Shown: positions 27,713 through 36,686 of the stretch, piece after piece | Layout of the letters: each line of letters starts with the position of its first letter | Position numbering within the stretch: position 1 is the stretch's first letter | Source: Candidatus Faecalibacterium faecipullorum | GTDB lineage: Bacteria; Bacillota; Clostridia; Oscillospirales; Ruminococcaceae | NCBI GenBank assembly: GCA_019118985.1 | Contig: DWXX01000080.1 | Span: 1-49,784 of the forward strand | Reading direction: 5' to 3' | Length of the DNA: 49,784 bases | The notes under the pieces: model-generated | Databases searched by the model: none | What the model saw: the letters and a program-made list of their open reading frames with translations, nothing else | What the model was told of the DNA's origin: nothing | Translations under genes and position numbers: made by a program

Positions 27713-30034
27713 ATGGTCTGCATTCGATGCAAAAAACGGCCGGCCATCATCTTCATCCAGCGGATGGAGAATGGCCAGATGAAGCAGGAGGGCTACTGTC
27801 TGCACTGCGCCCGCGAGCTGCACATCAAGCCGGTGGAGGATATGATGAAGCAGCTGGGCATGTCCGAGCAGGATATGGACAGCATGGAAGACCGGATGAA
27901 CAGCATGCTGGAGGAGATGGGGCCGGAGGCCATGTCCAACCCCTTCGCCGCCCTGATGAACATGGACAAGGACGACGACGGAGACGACGGTTTCACCCCG
28001 GGGGGCAACGCCACCTTCCCGCTGAGCATCATGGGGCAGAACGGCCAGAACGCCCAAAACGGCCAGAATGCCCAGAACAGCCAGGGCGGCAAGGGCCGGC
28101 AGGACAAAAAGCAGGCCCGCCGCAAATACCTCGACACCTACTGCGAGAACCTGACCGCCAAAGCGCGGGAGGGCCGGCTTGACGACATCATCGGGCGGGA
28201 CCGTGAGATCTACCGCACCGTCCAGATCCTGTCCCGGCGGCAGAAGAACAACCCCTGCCTGATCGGCGAGGCGGGCGTCGGCAAGACCGCCATCGCCGAG
28301 GGCATCGCCGAGCGGATCGCCCGGGGGCAGGTGCCGGCGCAGCTGCGGGACAAGGAGATCTACCTGCTGGACCTGACCGCCCTGGTGGCGGGCACCCAGT
28401 TCCGCGGGCAGTTTGAGCAGCGGGTCAAGGGCCTGCTGAACGAGGTCAAGCAGGCGGGCAACGTCATCCTCTTCATCGACGAGATCCACACCATCACCGC
28501 CGCCGGCGAGAGCGAGGGCGCCATGAACGCCGGCAACATCCTCAAGCCCGCCCTCTCCCGCGGGGAGATCCAGGTCATCGGCGCCACCACCTTCGCAGAG
28601 TACCGCAAGTACATCGAGAAGGACCAGGCGCTGGAGCGCCGCTTCCAGCCGGTGCGGGTGGAAGAACCCAGCATCGCGGACACCATCGCGGTGGTGAACG
28701 GCATCAAGCGCTACTACGAGGACTACCACCACGTCCAGGTGCCGGCCGATGTGGTCAGCGCGGCGGTCACCCTGTCGGAGCGGTACATCACCGACCGCTA
28801 CCTGCCCGACAAGGCCATCGACCTGCTGGACGAAGCCTGCGCCAGCTGCAACCTGGCCCACCCCGAGATCTCCGACTTTTTGACCGCGCAGAAAGAGCTG
28901 GACGCCCTCAAGCAGGAGGAGGCGGAGATGGAGTCCGCCGGCACCGACGAGGCCATCGACTACGAGGCGGTGGCCGAGCGCAAGACCCGCATCGCCCAGC
29001 TGGAAGCCGAACTGCCCGCCAAGCAGGCCGCCGCCAGCGAGATCAGGGTCGGCATGGACGATCTGGCCCGGGTGGTCGAGCTGTGGACCGGCATCCCCGC
29101 CGTCAAGATCCGGGAGACCGAGTTCGTCCGGCTGAACAGCCTGGAAGAAGAACTGAAAAAGAAGGTGGTGGGCCAGGACGAGGCCGTCCATCTGGTGGCG
29201 CAGGCGGTCAAGCGCAGCCGCGCCGACCTGGCCGGACGCCGCCGCCCCGCCAGCTTCATCTTTGTGGGACCCACCGGCGTCGGCAAGACCGAACTGGTCA
29301 AGCAGCTGGCCGGGCAGCTGTTCAGCGGGCCCGACCCCCTCATCCGCCTGGACATGAGCGAATATATGGAGAAGTACGCCGTCAGCCGGATGATCGGCTC
29401 GCCCCCGGGCTATGTCGGCTACGAGGAGGCCGGGCAGCTGACCGAGAAGGTCCGCCGCCGCCCCTACAGCGTGGTGCTGTTCGACGAGATCGAGAAGGCC
29501 CACCCCGACGTGCTGAACATCCTGCTGCAGATCCTGGACGAGGGCAAGATCAACGACGCCCAGGGCCGGACAGTGGATTTCTCCAACACCGTCATCTGCA
29601 TGACCTCCAACGCCGGCTCGTCTGAGCAGGGGGCGGGGGGCCTGGGCTTCAACAAGAGCGCCGAGCAGATGAGCGAGGACAAGACCCGCAAGGCCCTGAG
29701 CCAGTTCCTGCGGCCGGAATTTCTGGGCCGGGTGGACGAGGTGGTCATCTTCAAGCCCCTCGCGCCCGAGACGCTGGAGCGGATCGCCGCCCTCATGCTG
29801 GAGGAATACCGCCCCGGCATGGAGGCCAAGGGCATCGCCTACAGCTACACCCCCGCCGCCCTCAAGGCCCTGGTGGCCCAGTGCGAAGGGGGCAAGTTCG
29901 GCGCCCGCGACCTGCGCCGCATCATCCGCAAGCAGGTGGAGGACGAGGCGTCCTCCCGCATCATCGACGGGCAGCTCGCCGCCGGCGGCAGCCTGACGGT
30001 GGACGCCGAGGACGGCAAGGTCGTCCTGCGATAA
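27713..30034 (+). CDS. ATP-dependent Clp protease ATPase subunit, ClpE/ClpC type with N-terminal zinc finger
   Basis: N-terminal CIRC...CLHC; two AAA+ modules ([16 protein letters not shown]), [25 protein letters not shown] ClpP-docking loop. Confidence 0.93.
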   Translation: MVCIRCKKRPAIIFIQRMENGQMKQEGYCLHCARELHIKPVEDMMKQLGMSEQDMDSMEDRMNSMLEEMGPEAMSNPFAALMNMDKDDDGDDGFTPGGNATFPLSIMGQNGQNAQNGQNAQNSQGGKGRQDKKQARRKYLDTYCENLTAKAREGRLDDIIGRDREIYRTVQILSRRQKNNPCLIGEAGVGKTAIAEGIAERIARGQVPAQLRDKEIYLLDLTALVAGTQFRGQFEQRVKGLLNEVKQAGNVILFIDEIHTITAAGESEGAMNAGNILKPALSRGEIQVIGATTFAEYRKYIEKDQALERRFQPVRVEEPSIADTIAVVNGIKRYYEDYHHVQVPADVVSAAVTLSERYITDRYLPDKAIDLLDEACASCNLAHPEISDFLTAQKELDALKQEEAEMESAGTDEAIDYEAVAERKTRIAQLEAELPAKQAAASEIRVGMDDLARVVELWTGIPAVKIRETEFVRLNSLEEELKKKVVGQDEAVHLVAQAVKRSRADLAGRRRPASFIFVGPTGVGKTELVKQLAGQLFSGPDPLIRLDMSEYMEKYAVSRMIGSPPGYVGYEEAGQLTEKVRRRPYSVVLFDEIEKAHPDVLNILLQILDEGKINDAQGRTVDFSNTVICMTSNAGSSEQGAGGLGFNKSAEQMSEDKTRKALSQFLRPEFLGRVDEVVIFKPLAPETLERIAALMLEEYRPGMEAKGIAYSYTPAALKALVAQCEGGKFGARDLRRIIRKQVEDEASSRIIDGQLAAGGSLTVDAEDGKVVLR
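28034..28084 (+). repeat. In-frame 9-bp tandem repeat encoding (G/A)QN x5 in the Clp ATPase linker
   Basis: GGGCAGAAC GGCCAGAAC GCCCAAAAC GGCCAGAAT GCCCAGAAC AGCCAG. Confidence 0.8.
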
Positions 30035-30050
30035 CCCCCCAAAAACCAAG

Positions 30051-30089
30051 AAGGCCCCGCCGGGTGTAAACTGCCCGGCGGGGCCTTTT
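30051..30089. terminator. Bidirectional terminator
   Basis: AAGGCCCCGCCGGG...CCCGGCGGGGCCTT plus T run between convergent genes. Confidence 0.85.
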
Positions 30090-30099
30090 ATGTGCGGTC

Positions 30100-30258
30100 T
30101 TACCGGCTGTCGGCGCCGCGGTAGATGCCGAAGGTGTTGTCCGGCGGGGGCATCTCGACGCGGGCGGCGCGGTCGTTGACGGCCAGCATCAGGGCGGCCA
30201 TCACCGCGAGGGCGAGGGCCACCACCACCCACTTGAGCCAGTTCGGCAGGCGGTCCAT
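30100..30258 (-). CDS. Small 52-aa single-pass membrane protein
   Basis: Not in the ORF track: MDRLPNWLKWVVVALALAVMAALMLAVNDRAARVEMPPPDNTFGIYRGADSR. SD GAAAGGA; ends just before the terminator; GC-rich third codon positions. Confidence 0.75.
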   Translation of the reverse strand: MDRLPNWLKWVVVALALAVMAALMLAVNDRAARVEMPPPDNTFGIYRGADSR

Positions 30259-30281
30259 CGGCGTTCATCCTTTCTGTCGGG

Positions 30282-31253
30282 TCATTCGGGGCGGCAGAGG
30301 CGGCGGGCTTTGGTCAGCAGGTCGCCCGCCTGGGCGGCGGAGAGCTGCCGGGCGAGGGGGCCGGTGCGATTCTCAGCGCCGGGGCCGGTGTTGCCCTCTT
30401 CGGCAAAGGCGGCTTTGTCCCAGTCGGGGCGGCCGTTCCAGGGGCAGAAGCCCTCGGGGGCGATGTGGGCCCCCAGCCGGCACTCCAGCACGGCGGTGCG
30501 GCCCTCGGGCCGCCAGGGGCGGCCCAGATAGACCGAGCCGGCAGGGCAGGGGGAGACGAAGTCGCAGTCCCAGAACACAAAGCCCAGCCCGCCCGCCGGG
30601 GTGGAGGGGGCGGTGACGTAGCCGCGGCCCTCTTTGGCTTCTTTGCAGGGGCCGGGGCCGTTGTCCACCGAGCGGATGACGCACTGCTCGAACAAAGCGT
30701 CCGCCCCGCCGAAGATGAAGTCGATGTCGCCGGCGATCTCACAGCTCTGGTAATACTGGGCGCTGGGCAGCCGGGGCGTAAAGACCCGCGGGCCAAGGAA
30801 GCCGTCCTTCTCCCGCTCCTTCTCGGGCAGGGGGGCGCAGAAGAGGGTGTCCTGATTGCCCAGCAGCCGCACCCGGCGGAACACCGCCCGCCGGGTGTCC
30901 ACATAGGCGGCGATGCCCTGGCCCACCAGGCTGCCGGGGCCGGCGTCGTTCTCGATGGTCATGTCCTCCACCGTCACCTCGCCGCCGCTGAAAAAGGCTG
31001 TCCAGCTGCGGAAGGTGTGGGTGGGCCGGCCGTCGGGGTGGGGCAGCTTGCCCCCCTCGTTCCAGACCAGGCGGGTCTCGGCCATGCCGGCCCCCTGGAA
31101 GGCGATGGACTGCTTGTCGCAGGCCAGCTTTTCACGGTAGGTGCCCGGCCCGATCAAGATGCGGGCGGGTGTGTCGTAGGGGACGGCCTGCACGGCTTCG
31201 CCGATGGTGGCAAAGTTGCCGCTGCCGTCCTGTGCAACGGTGATGGTCAGCAT
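30282..31253 (-). CDS. Pectinesterase (pectin methylesterase, CAZy CE8)
   Basis: VAQDGSGNF.TI.EAV, GTYRE, QDTL, DIDFIFG, YLGRPW; no signal peptide. Confidence 0.9.
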   Translation of the reverse strand: MLTITVAQDGSGNFATIGEAVQAVPYDTPARILIGPGTYREKLACDKQSIAFQGAGMAETRLVWNEGGKLPHPDGRPTHTFRSWTAFFSGGEVTVEDMTIENDAGPGSLVGQGIAAYVDTRRAVFRRVRLLGNQDTLFCAPLPEKEREKDGFLGPRVFTPRLPSAQYYQSCEIAGDIDFIFGGADALFEQCVIRSVDNGPGPCKEAKEGRGYVTAPSTPAGGLGFVFWDCDFVSPCPAGSVYLGRPWRPEGRTAVLECRLGAHIAPEGFCPWNGRPDWDKAAFAEEGNTGPGAENRTGPLARQLSAAQAGDLLTKARRLCRPE

Positions 31254-31275
31254 ACAGCTCCTCCTTTCAAAACGC

Positions 31276-33087
31276 TCAGGCCAGCAGGTCGTCGCCGGGC
31301 AGCTGGTTCCACAGCCGGTAGTAGATGCCCTGCTTTGCCAGCAGCTCGTCGTGGGTGCCGTCCTCGAGGATGCCCTCGGCCCCCAGCACCAGGATGCGGT
31401 CGTAGTCCTTGATGGTGGTCAGCCGGTGGGCGATGGTCAGGGTGGTGCGGCCGTGGGCCAGCTTGTCCAGGCTCTGGTTGACCAGGATCTCGCTCTCGTT
31501 GTCGAGGGCGCTGGTGGCCTCGTCCAGAATCAGGATGGGCGGGTTCTTCAAAAAGACCCGCGCGATGGAGAGCCGCTGCTTCTGCCCGCCCGACAGCTTG
31601 ACCCCGCGCTCGCCGACGTAGGTGTCGTAGCCGTCATGCAGGTTGAGGATGAACTTCTCGGCCCCGGCCAGCCGGGCTGCGCGGGAGATCTCCTCCATGG
31701 TGGCGCCGGGCTTGCCGTAGGCGATGTTCTCGGCCACCGTGCCGCTGAACAGGTAGACGTCCTGCTGCACCACCCCGATGGCGCCCCGCAGGCTGTCCAG
31801 GGTGACCTTGCGGATGTCCTGGCCGTCGATGTAGATGCGGCCGGCGGTGACGTCGTAAAAGCGGGGGATGAGGTTGCAGAGGGTGGTCTTGCCGCCGCCC
31901 GACGGGCCGACCAGGGCCAGCCGCTGCCCGGCCGGGATGTCGATGCTGACGTTGCGCAGCACCTTGTTGTGGTCGTCGGGGTACTCAAAGCTGACATGGT
32001 CGAAGCGGATGGCTCCGGGCCCGGGCTGCAGGGGCTGCGCGCCGGGGGCGTCCTGGATGTCGATGGGGGTGTCGAGGATCTCAAAGAACCGCTCGATGCC
32101 GGTCATGCCGCGCTGGAACTGCTCGGCAAACTCGACGATGCGGCGGATGGTGGCGATGAGGGTGGAGACGTAGAGGGAGTAGGCTACCAGGTCGCCGGGG
32201 GTGATCCACCCCTTGACCACAAAGATGCCGCCCCCCAGGATGGTGACCAGGTACATCAGCCCGTCGAACAGCCGGGTGGAGGTCTGGAAGGCCGCCATCA
32301 CCTTGTAGCTGTTCTTTTTCAGCCGCTGGAAGGTGCCGTTGCCGGCCTCGAACTTGGCGTTCTCGGTGGGCTCGGCGCAGAAGGCTTTGACCACACGCTC
32401 GCCCAGGAGGCTCTCTTCGATCTGGGCGTTCAGCTCGCCCACCTGGATGCGCTGCGCCCGCTGGGTGGCCCGCAGCTTGGTGTTCAGCCGGATGGAGACC
32501 ACCCCCATCAGCGGCACGCAGAGGAAGAGCAGGGCGGTCAGCCCCAGGCTGTACCGGCTGAGGATGAGGAAGCTGGCCACGATCTTGACCGCCGCGATGA
32601 AAAATTCCTCGGGGCAGTGGTGGGCGAACTCGGTCACATCGAACAGGTCGTTGGTGATCCGGCCCATGATCTGGCCGATCTTGTTGTTGGCGTAGTAGGC
32701 GACGCTCAGCCGCTGCAGATGGGCGAAGGCGTCGCGGCGCATGTCGGTCTCGATGTAGACGCCCATCACATGGCCCATGTCGGCCATATAGTAGGCGGCC
32801 AGGCCGTCGATGATCCGCAGCACAAAGTAGAGCAGACCCAGCTTGAGCACCACCCCCACCGTCAGGGCGGCCAGGTCGTTGACGGCGGTGTTGGTGATGT
32901 GGCGCAAGATCAGCGGCAGCACCAGATCGCACAGGCAGGTCAGGGCGGCGCAGAACAGGTCAAAGACCATGGTGCGCCAGTATTTTTTCTCGTAGGGCCA
33001 GAAGCGGCGCAGCAGCTCGGCCGCCGAGGTGTGGCGGCGGTTGGGGTCGCCGTACTTGGGCTTTTCGGCGTCGTTCAAATCCACCAT
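31276..33087 (-). CDS. ABC exporter, fused permease/ATPase (MsbA/Sav1866-like)
   Basis: Six-TM domain followed by [30 protein letters not shown]. Start ATG 33087 after AGGAG. Confidence 0.93.
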   Translation of the reverse strand: MVDLNDAEKPKYGDPNRRHTSAAELLRRFWPYEKKYWRTMVFDLFCAALTCLCDLVLPLILRHITNTAVNDLAALTVGVVLKLGLLYFVLRIIDGLAAYYMADMGHVMGVYIETDMRRDAFAHLQRLSVAYYANNKIGQIMGRITNDLFDVTEFAHHCPEEFFIAAVKIVASFLILSRYSLGLTALLFLCVPLMGVVSIRLNTKLRATQRAQRIQVGELNAQIEESLLGERVVKAFCAEPTENAKFEAGNGTFQRLKKNSYKVMAAFQTSTRLFDGLMYLVTILGGGIFVVKGWITPGDLVAYSLYVSTLIATIRRIVEFAEQFQRGMTGIERFFEILDTPIDIQDAPGAQPLQPGPGAIRFDHVSFEYPDDHNKVLRNVSIDIPAGQRLALVGPSGGGKTTLCNLIPRFYDVTAGRIYIDGQDIRKVTLDSLRGAIGVVQQDVYLFSGTVAENIAYGKPGATMEEISRAARLAGAEKFILNLHDGYDTYVGERGVKLSGGQKQRLSIARVFLKNPPILILDEATSALDNESEILVNQSLDKLAHGRTTLTIAHRLTTIKDYDRILVLGAEGILEDGTHDELLAKQGIYYRLWNQLPGDDLLA

Positions 33088-33136
33088 GTTGCAACTCCTG
33101 TCTATTTTACAAAATGTTATACGTTTCGGGCTGATT

Positions 33137-33859
33137 TCAGGCTTTGGGGCCGTAGTCCCGCGCGCCGTAGATGGCGGTGCCCAGCCGCACAAGGGTGGCC
33201 CCTTCGCGGATGGCGTTCTCAAAGTCGCCGCTCATCCCCATCGAGAGGACCTCCATCGAGACGTTGTCGTAGCCCCGCTCCCCCGCGCGGACGAACAGGC
33301 CGTACACCTGCCGCAGCAGGGCGCGGTTGGCGTCGTCGTCCTCGTTGACCGGGGGGATGGCCATCAGCCCCTTGACCCGCAGGTGGGGCTGCTGCGCGGC
33401 GTCGTCCAGCAGGGCCCACAGCTCGTCGGGGGCGGCGCCGGTCTTGCTGGCCTCGCCGCCGATGTTGACCTCCAGCAGGATGTCCTGGGTCAGGCCCAGC
33501 TTGGCGGCCTCCTTTTCCAGGGCGGCCAGCAGGCGGGGGCTGTCCACGCTCTGGATGAGGGCGGCCCGGCCCAGCACCTTTTTGATCTTGTTGGTCTGCA
33601 GGTGGCCGATGAAGTGGACCGGCTTGCCGCAGTATGCCCCGGCGTCGTAGTTGACGGTCAGCTCCTGGACGTGGTTCTCGCCGAACAGGTCGATGGGCAG
33701 CTGCGCGCTCAGGGCGATGGCGGCGGGGGTATGGGTCTTGCAGGCGGCGCACAGCTGCACGGCGGCGGGGTCGCGCCCGGCCTCGCGGGCGGCGTCGGCC
33801 ATCCGGCGGCGGATGTCTGCCACCGCCTCGGCCATTTGTTCGAGATTCCGTTCCGACAT
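33137..33859 (-). CDS. yggS: PLP homeostasis protein (YggS/PLPBP family)
   Basis: AACKT (PLP lysine), FGENHVQE, HFIGHLQTNK, LSMGMSGDFE.AI.EGATLVRLGTAIYG.R. Confidence 0.95.
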   Translation of the reverse strand: MSERNLEQMAEAVADIRRRMADAAREAGRDPAAVQLCAACKTHTPAAIALSAQLPIDLFGENHVQELTVNYDAGAYCGKPVHFIGHLQTNKIKKVLGRAALIQSVDSPRLLAALEKEAAKLGLTQDILLEVNIGGEASKTGAAPDELWALLDDAAQQPHLRVKGLMAIPPVNEDDDANRALLRQVYGLFVRAGERGYDNVSMEVLSMGMSGDFENAIREGATLVRLGTAIYGARDYGPKA

Positions 33860-33864
33860 ATTTT

Positions 33865-34428
33865 TTACAGATCCTCCTCGGTGTATTGGGCGCGCTCGCC
33901 GCCGATCAGTTTGGGGCGGGTGCGGGCGCAGAGCAGGATGGCCTGCCCGATGTGGTCGAGGGACAGCCGCACCGGCACCGCCACCGGCCGCAGGTGCATC
34001 CCGATCAGAGTGCCGCCAATGTCCATGCCGGCGTGGGCACGGATGGCTTCCACCGCCACCGGGTGCTCAAAGCGCTTCCAGCAGGTGGTGGCCCAGCTGC
34101 CGCCGGCGTGGGGGTGGGGGACGACGCAGACCTCCTCCCAGCCGTAGCGCGCGGCGGCCGCCCGCTCCAGGATGAGGGCGCGGTTGAGGTGCTCGCAGCA
34201 CTGCGCCGCCAGAAAGACCCCGCGCCCGGCCAGCACCGGGGCGATGCCGTCGTAGAGGGCGGCCGCGGCCTCCATGCTGCTGTCATGGCCAATGCGGCCG
34301 CCCACCACCTCGCTGGACGAGCAGCCCACCACAAAGACCTCCCCCGGGGCAAGGCGGGCGGCGTCCAGCAGCTCCTGGGCGGCTAGGCGCGCCTGGGCGG
34401 TGAGTTGATTTCTTTCCTGTTCGGTCAT
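33865..34428 (-). CDS. UPF0340/TIGR01440 (YwlG-like, DUF436) protein
   Basis: VVGCSSSEV.G..IG, QCCEHLNRAL, HAGGS, GMDIGGTLIGMHL, TRPKLIGGERA.Y. Start ATG 34428. Confidence 0.9.
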   Translation of the reverse strand: MTEQERNQLTAQARLAAQELLDAARLAPGEVFVVGCSSSEVVGGRIGHDSSMEAAAALYDGIAPVLAGRGVFLAAQCCEHLNRALILERAAAARYGWEEVCVVPHPHAGGSWATTCWKRFEHPVAVEAIRAHAGMDIGGTLIGMHLRPVAVPVRLSLDHIGQAILLCARTRPKLIGGERAQYTEEDL

Positions 34429-34454
34429 AGAAATACGCCTCTTTTCATGGTTGA

Positions 34455-35738
34455 TCAAAAGCGGAAGCGGAGCAGCCCGCCCTCGGCGTTTGGCAGATAG
34501 AGCCGGTTGCCGCAGACGGCCGCGGCATGGCCGGCGGCGTCGCCGGCATAGTCGGCGGTCAGGCGGCCGTCGGGGGCGTAGCGCTGCGCCGCGCTCGCAC
34601 AGGGGGAGAACAGCGCCTGCAGGGCGGCGCGGGGCAGCCGGGCGGCGACGACCCGCAGGCCGGGGTCGGCGGCGCGGCTGTCCAGCCAGTCTGCGGCCGC
34701 CCACCGGCAGGCGGGGTAGACCGCCCCCCCGGCGTCGGCGGCGAGGGCGGTGGGGTAGCCGGGCAGCGCCCCCGCAAAGAGGGTGCAGCCCTGCCCGCCG
34801 GCGGTCAGCTCCTCAGCGCCGGCGTCCACCGCCCAGATGCAGCGGCTGCCCATGTCGGCGGCGTAGAGGGTGGCCCCGTCGGGGGAGAGGGCCAGCCCGG
34901 TGGCCCCGGCGACGCCGCCCAGCACCCGGCGGACCGAGCGGGCGGCGGGGTCATAGACGTAGACCGACCCGGTGGCGGTATGGCCCACCAGCTCGGACAG
35001 GAGGGCGTCCTCCAGCTCGCCGGGGGCGGCGGACAGCTGCGCCGCCTCGGTGAAGTAGACCCGGCCGTCGGCGCCGACCGCCACGGCGGCCACAGCCATC
35101 AGCGGCCGGCCGTCGATCTGGGTGACCACCTGCCCGGCCGAGGCGCCCCAGTCGTCGTGGGAGGCGCGGCAGAGCGCCCCGCCCCCCTCGGTCAGCAGGG
35201 TGTACCAGATGTCGCCGTCGGGGCCGAAGGCAAAGGCGGTGATCTGCCCTTCCACCGTCAGGATGGGCATCAGGGAGCTGCCGTCCTCCCGCACCCGCAG
35301 CAGCACGCTGCCCGAAGCCTCGACGGGGCGGGCGGCCAGATAGAGCCAGCCGTCCTGGGCCTGGATGCAGTCGGGGGGCAGGTAGCCCTCGATGGACAGC
35401 ACGCCGTCGGCCGCCGCCGTCTGGCCGGCGGTCTGCGCGGCGGCGGCCGGCAGGGTATAGCTGGCCGGCTCGGCCTCGATGGGGCGCAGGCCCAGGGTAT
35501 AGACCAGCCAGAACGCCGTCAGGGCCACCACCACCGCCGCCGCGATCTGAAAGCGGCGGAGGATGAAGTCCCGCCGGGCCCTGCGCTCGGCCTCGATGGC
35601 GGCGCGGCGGCGGGCCTCTTCGGCGCGGGTGGTCTTGGCCTGGCGGGACCAGCGGCTCATCCAGGAAGAAATCCCCGGCCCGAGGGCGAGCGCGCCGATC
35701 AGCAGCAGCAGTAATATCTCAGTCAGTCCCAAACGCAT
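34455..35738 (-). CDS. Membrane-anchored SMP-30/strictosidine-synthase-like beta-propeller with a TatA-like N-terminus
   Basis: Start ATG 35738 after GAAAGGA. N-terminus MRLGLTEILLLLLIGALALGP, second TM, then DGRVYFTEA, TGSVYVYDP, GLALSPDG.TLY.AD, LPGYP. Confidence 0.75.
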   Translation of the reverse strand: MRLGLTEILLLLLIGALALGPGISSWMSRWSRQAKTTRAEEARRRAAIEAERRARRDFILRRFQIAAAVVVALTAFWLVYTLGLRPIEAEPASYTLPAAAAQTAGQTAAADGVLSIEGYLPPDCIQAQDGWLYLAARPVEASGSVLLRVREDGSSLMPILTVEGQITAFAFGPDGDIWYTLLTEGGGALCRASHDDWGASAGQVVTQIDGRPLMAVAAVAVGADGRVYFTEAAQLSAAPGELEDALLSELVGHTATGSVYVYDPAARSVRRVLGGVAGATGLALSPDGATLYAADMGSRCIWAVDAGAEELTAGGQGCTLFAGALPGYPTALAADAGGAVYPACRWAAADWLDSRAADPGLRVVAARLPRAALQALFSPCASAAQRYAPDGRLTADYAGDAAGHAAAVCGNRLYLPNAEGGLLRFRF

Positions 35739-35786
35739 GGATGCAGTTCCTTTCTTGGCTTGTTGGAAGATGGATGGGGCAGCTAC

Positions 35787-35860
35787 AGTATACCGCAACG
35801 GCCCCCCGCCGCGCAAGTGCGCCGGGGCGATTGCGCGCCGCGCCGGGGGTGTGATACAAT
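35787..35860. promoter_or_regulatory. Back-to-back SigA-like promoters
   Basis: Minus strand TTGCGC-18-TATACT (35816-35787); plus strand TTGCGC-18-TACAAT with TG extension (35831-35860). Confidence 0.5.
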
Positions 35861-35885
35861 AAGTTGGGGCATCTTTTCCAAAGGA

Positions 35886-35911
35886 TTCACCCAAAGTTCA
35901 CACTTCTTCAC
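35886..35911 (+). promoter_or_regulatory. Three TTCAC direct repeats, probable OmpR-family regulator binding site
   Basis: TTCAC at 35886, 35897, 35907 (11- and 10-bp spacing), just upstream of TATTAT (35920) and the response regulator gene. Confidence 0.55.
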
Positions 35912-35996
35912 ATTTTCCGTATTATTATAGTTTCAGAATGTACAAGGGGCAGACCGCCCCCTTTTGCAATAGACAGAAACGGAGGACCCCAGCCCT

Positions 35997-36683
35997 ATGG
36001 CGAAAATACTGATCGTCGACGACGAACCACGCATCCGGGAATTGATCCGGGAGCATCTGCAGTACGCGGGCTACACCTGCGATGAGGCGGCCGACGGCTC
36101 GGCGGCGCTGGCGCGGGTGAGCGCTGCCGGCTACGACCTGGTCATTCTGGACCTGATGATGCCCTTTATGGACGGGATGACCTGCCTGCGGGAGATGCGC
36201 ACCCGCCGCATCAACACCCCGGTCATCATCCTGACCGCCCGCGGCGAGGAATACGACAAACTGGCCGGCCTGGAGGGGGGCGCCGACGACTATGTGGTCA
36301 AGCCCTTCTCCCCGCGGGAGCTGGTGGCCCGGGTCAAGGCGGTGCTCAACCGCACCCTGGTCCACACCGACGCCGCCGGCACCGTCATGACCTATGGGCA
36401 GCTGTCCATCGATACCGCCAGCCACACCGTCCGGGTGGCGGGGGAGGAAGTGCCCCTGACCCCCAAGGAGTTCGACCTGCTGGTCTTTCTGGCCTCCAAC
36501 AAGGGGATCGCCCTCTCGCGCGAGAAGATCCTGCAGAAGGTGTGGAACTACGACTACTTCGGCGAGGACCGCACCGTCGACACCCATGTCAAGATGCTGC
36601 GGGGCCACCTGGGGGCCTGCCGCGGCTATATCGTCACGGTGTGGGGCATCGGCTACAAGTTCGACCCCGACGGCCGCCGCTGA
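35997..36683 (+). CDS. OmpR/PhoB-family response regulator
   Basis: ILIVDDE, LDLMMP, GADDYVVKPFS, LTPKEFDLL, RTVDTHVKMLR, VTVWGIGYKF. Confidence 0.95.
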   Translation: MAKILIVDDEPRIRELIREHLQYAGYTCDEAADGSAALARVSAAGYDLVILDLMMPFMDGMTCLREMRTRRINTPVIILTARGEEYDKLAGLEGGADDYVVKPFSPRELVARVKAVLNRTLVHTDAAGTVMTYGQLSIDTASHTVRVAGEEVPLTPKEFDLLVFLASNKGIALSREKILQKVWNYDYFGEDRTVDTHVKMLRGHLGACRGYIVTVWGIGYKFDPDGRR

Positions 36684-36686
36684 CCC

